From: a virus
Lineage: Duplodnaviria; Caudoviricetes
Direction: 5' to 3' (one strand)
DNA length: 24,408 nucleotides
Virus record (IMG/VR): IMGVR_UViG_3300048886_001448
Location: 1 to 24,408 of that record
Below the pieces are notes generated by a model. That model saw nothing but the letters and a program-made list of their open reading frames with translations. It did not search any database and was not told the origin of the DNA. The translations under genes were made by a program, and so were the position numbers. Of this stretch, positions 23,288 to 24,408 are shown in pieces. The first letter of the stretch is position 1. Every line of letters begins with the position of its first letter.

Positions 23288-24163
23288 ATGGCTAGCATTG
23301 GAATAGTAGGAAACGGATTCGTGGGGGGAGCAACGGCATTAATAGGGGAAACGATTCCCCTAACAGAGGAGGACATAAAGATGTTCATCTACGATAGAGA
23401 CGACGAAAAATGTAGTCATAGAGACATTTCCCTAGAATCCCTAACCGAAGGTTGCAATTTTATATTCGTGTGCGTTCCCACGCCGATGAACTTAGACGGA
23501 AGCTGCGAAACTATAGAGGTCGAAAAGGTTGTAATAGAGCTTAAAGACTTAGGGTACGACCCAGAAAGAATAATAATCAGGTCAACAGTTCCAGTAGGAA
23601 CATGCAAGAGACTCGGAACAATGTTTATGCCTGAGTTTTTAACAGAGAAGCGGTGGGAAAAAGATTTTACCGATCAGCAACATTGGATCCTAGGAACAAA
23701 CGAAAGAAATGATTCAATAAGAGACGAGTTATATTCTATATTTAAGAGAGCTTACGATAACAAAGTTTTTTCACGTAATCCTATAATTCATTTTTTAACT
23801 ACGGAAGAAGCTGAGCTAGTTAAATATGTTCGCAATTCTTTTTTAGCCGTAAAGGTTTCTTTCTTTAATGAGATATATGATTTTTGTGGCGCGTCTGAGA
23901 TAGACTTTGATAAAGTAAAAGATATGTCGATTCTAGACGAAAGAGTAGGAGAATCACATACTCAAGTTCCCGGTCCAGATGGAAAACGTGGCTTTGGTGG
24001 AACCTGCTTCCCTAAAGACATAGCCTCCTTTAAACACCAATTACTTGACAAGGGAATCATCAAGAAAGACTCAAGCGTTATATCAGCAAGCATAAGCAGG
24101 AATAACGACGTAGATAGACCAGAGCAGGACTGGAAGAGCGACAAGGGAAGGGCTATTGTGTGA
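23288..24163 (+). CDS. UDP-glucose/GDP-mannose dehydrogenase family protein (short form)
   Basis: Motifs 'GNGFVG', 'FVCVPTP', 'IRSTVPVGT', 'PEFL', 'AELVKYVRNSFLA', 'GFGGTCFPKD'. Lacks the usual C-terminal domain. Confidence 0.9.
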   Translation: MASIGIVGNGFVGGATALIGETIPLTEEDIKMFIYDRDDEKCSHRDISLESLTEGCNFIFVCVPTPMNLDGSCETIEVEKVVIELKDLGYDPERIIIRSTVPVGTCKRLGTMFMPEFLTEKRWEKDFTDQQHWILGTNERNDSIRDELYSIFKRAYDNKVFSRNPIIHFLTTEEAELVKYVRNSFLAVKVSFFNEIYDFCGASEIDFDKVKDMSILDERVGESHTQVPGPDGKRGFGGTCFPKDIASFKHQLLDKGIIKKDSSVISASISRNNDVDRPEQDWKSDKGRAIV

Positions 24164-24408
24164 ACGATCAAGACGGGCGACACAGCCTATCTGGACCATA
24201 TCAAAGATGGAGGGATGTGCGAGAATGTCAAATTGCTTTCCTAAAGAGCGCAGGATTAGAGCCTACTCATAAATTCTTAGATATTGGATGCGGAACCTTA
24301 AGAGGAGGAATACCTATCGTCCGTTATCTTAATTCTAAAAATTACTACGGTATTGATGTTCGAAAAAACGTAATAGAATGCGCTCAAGAAGAGCTTAAAT
24401 ATACTAAC
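24160..24408 (+). CDS. Class I SAM-dependent methyltransferase (partial, runs off the right edge)
   Basis: GTG start overlaps the previous stop. Translation includes 'GLEPTHKFLDIGCGTLRGGIPIVRYLNSKNYYGIDV'. Confidence 0.85.
   Translation, partial: MNDQDGRHSLSGPYQRWRDVRECQIAFLKSAGLEPTHKFLDIGCGTLRGGIPIVRYLNSKNYYGIDVRKNVIECAQEELKYTN

Noticed and set aside
42-24183. Numerous 60-150 aa ORFs antisense or out of frame to well-supported genes (e.g. 515..706, 3524..3970, 7627..7938, 8363..8677, 16361..16630, 20532..20771, 23962..24183)
   Set aside because: These are shadow ORFs with no motifs or expression signals, overlapping confident CDS or tRNA features.
1-24408. Stop-codon reassignment, as seen in some large phages
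   Set aside because: Conserved genes are full length under the standard bacterial code. TAA, TAG and TGA all end genes, and no suppressor tRNA is present.

Overview
This 24.4 kb AT-rich, gene-dense window most likely comes from a large dsDNA bacteriophage and covers replication, nucleotide metabolism and accessory genes. No capsid, tail or integrase genes are visible, so the phage origin is inferred from gene content. The left ~17.4 kb is mostly minus strand. It encodes a partial primase, DnaB helicase, a PD-(D/E)xK nuclease, a tmRNA, RecA, nrdA/nrdB, three glycosyltransferases, a sigma factor, a dNMP kinase and an FKBP fusion, plus a plus-strand membrane-protein/signal-peptidase-I operon. 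The right ~7 kb is mostly plus strand. It encodes dCMP deaminase, a sugar transferase, three tRNAs (Gly, Arg, Val), a radical SAM/SPASM protein, a HAD phosphatase, a UDP-glucose dehydrogenase-like protein and a methyltransferase. Five features stand out: (1) a ~410-nt promoter-driven non-coding region built from two structured modules that end in an identical 16-mer; (2) a 430-nt tmRNA with a 35-residue tag, followed 5 nt later by an 81-nt CCA-ending cloverleaf that is not a canonical tRNA; (3) an NrdB with the class Ic (Mn/Fe, no radical Tyr) signature; (4) two promoter classes, sigma70-like with a uniform 16-bp spacer and a GTGTAAY motif just upstream of start codons; (5) a membrane cluster with a u-spanin-like lipoprotein and its own signal peptidase. 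All RNA folds and motifs were read by eye, not computed.
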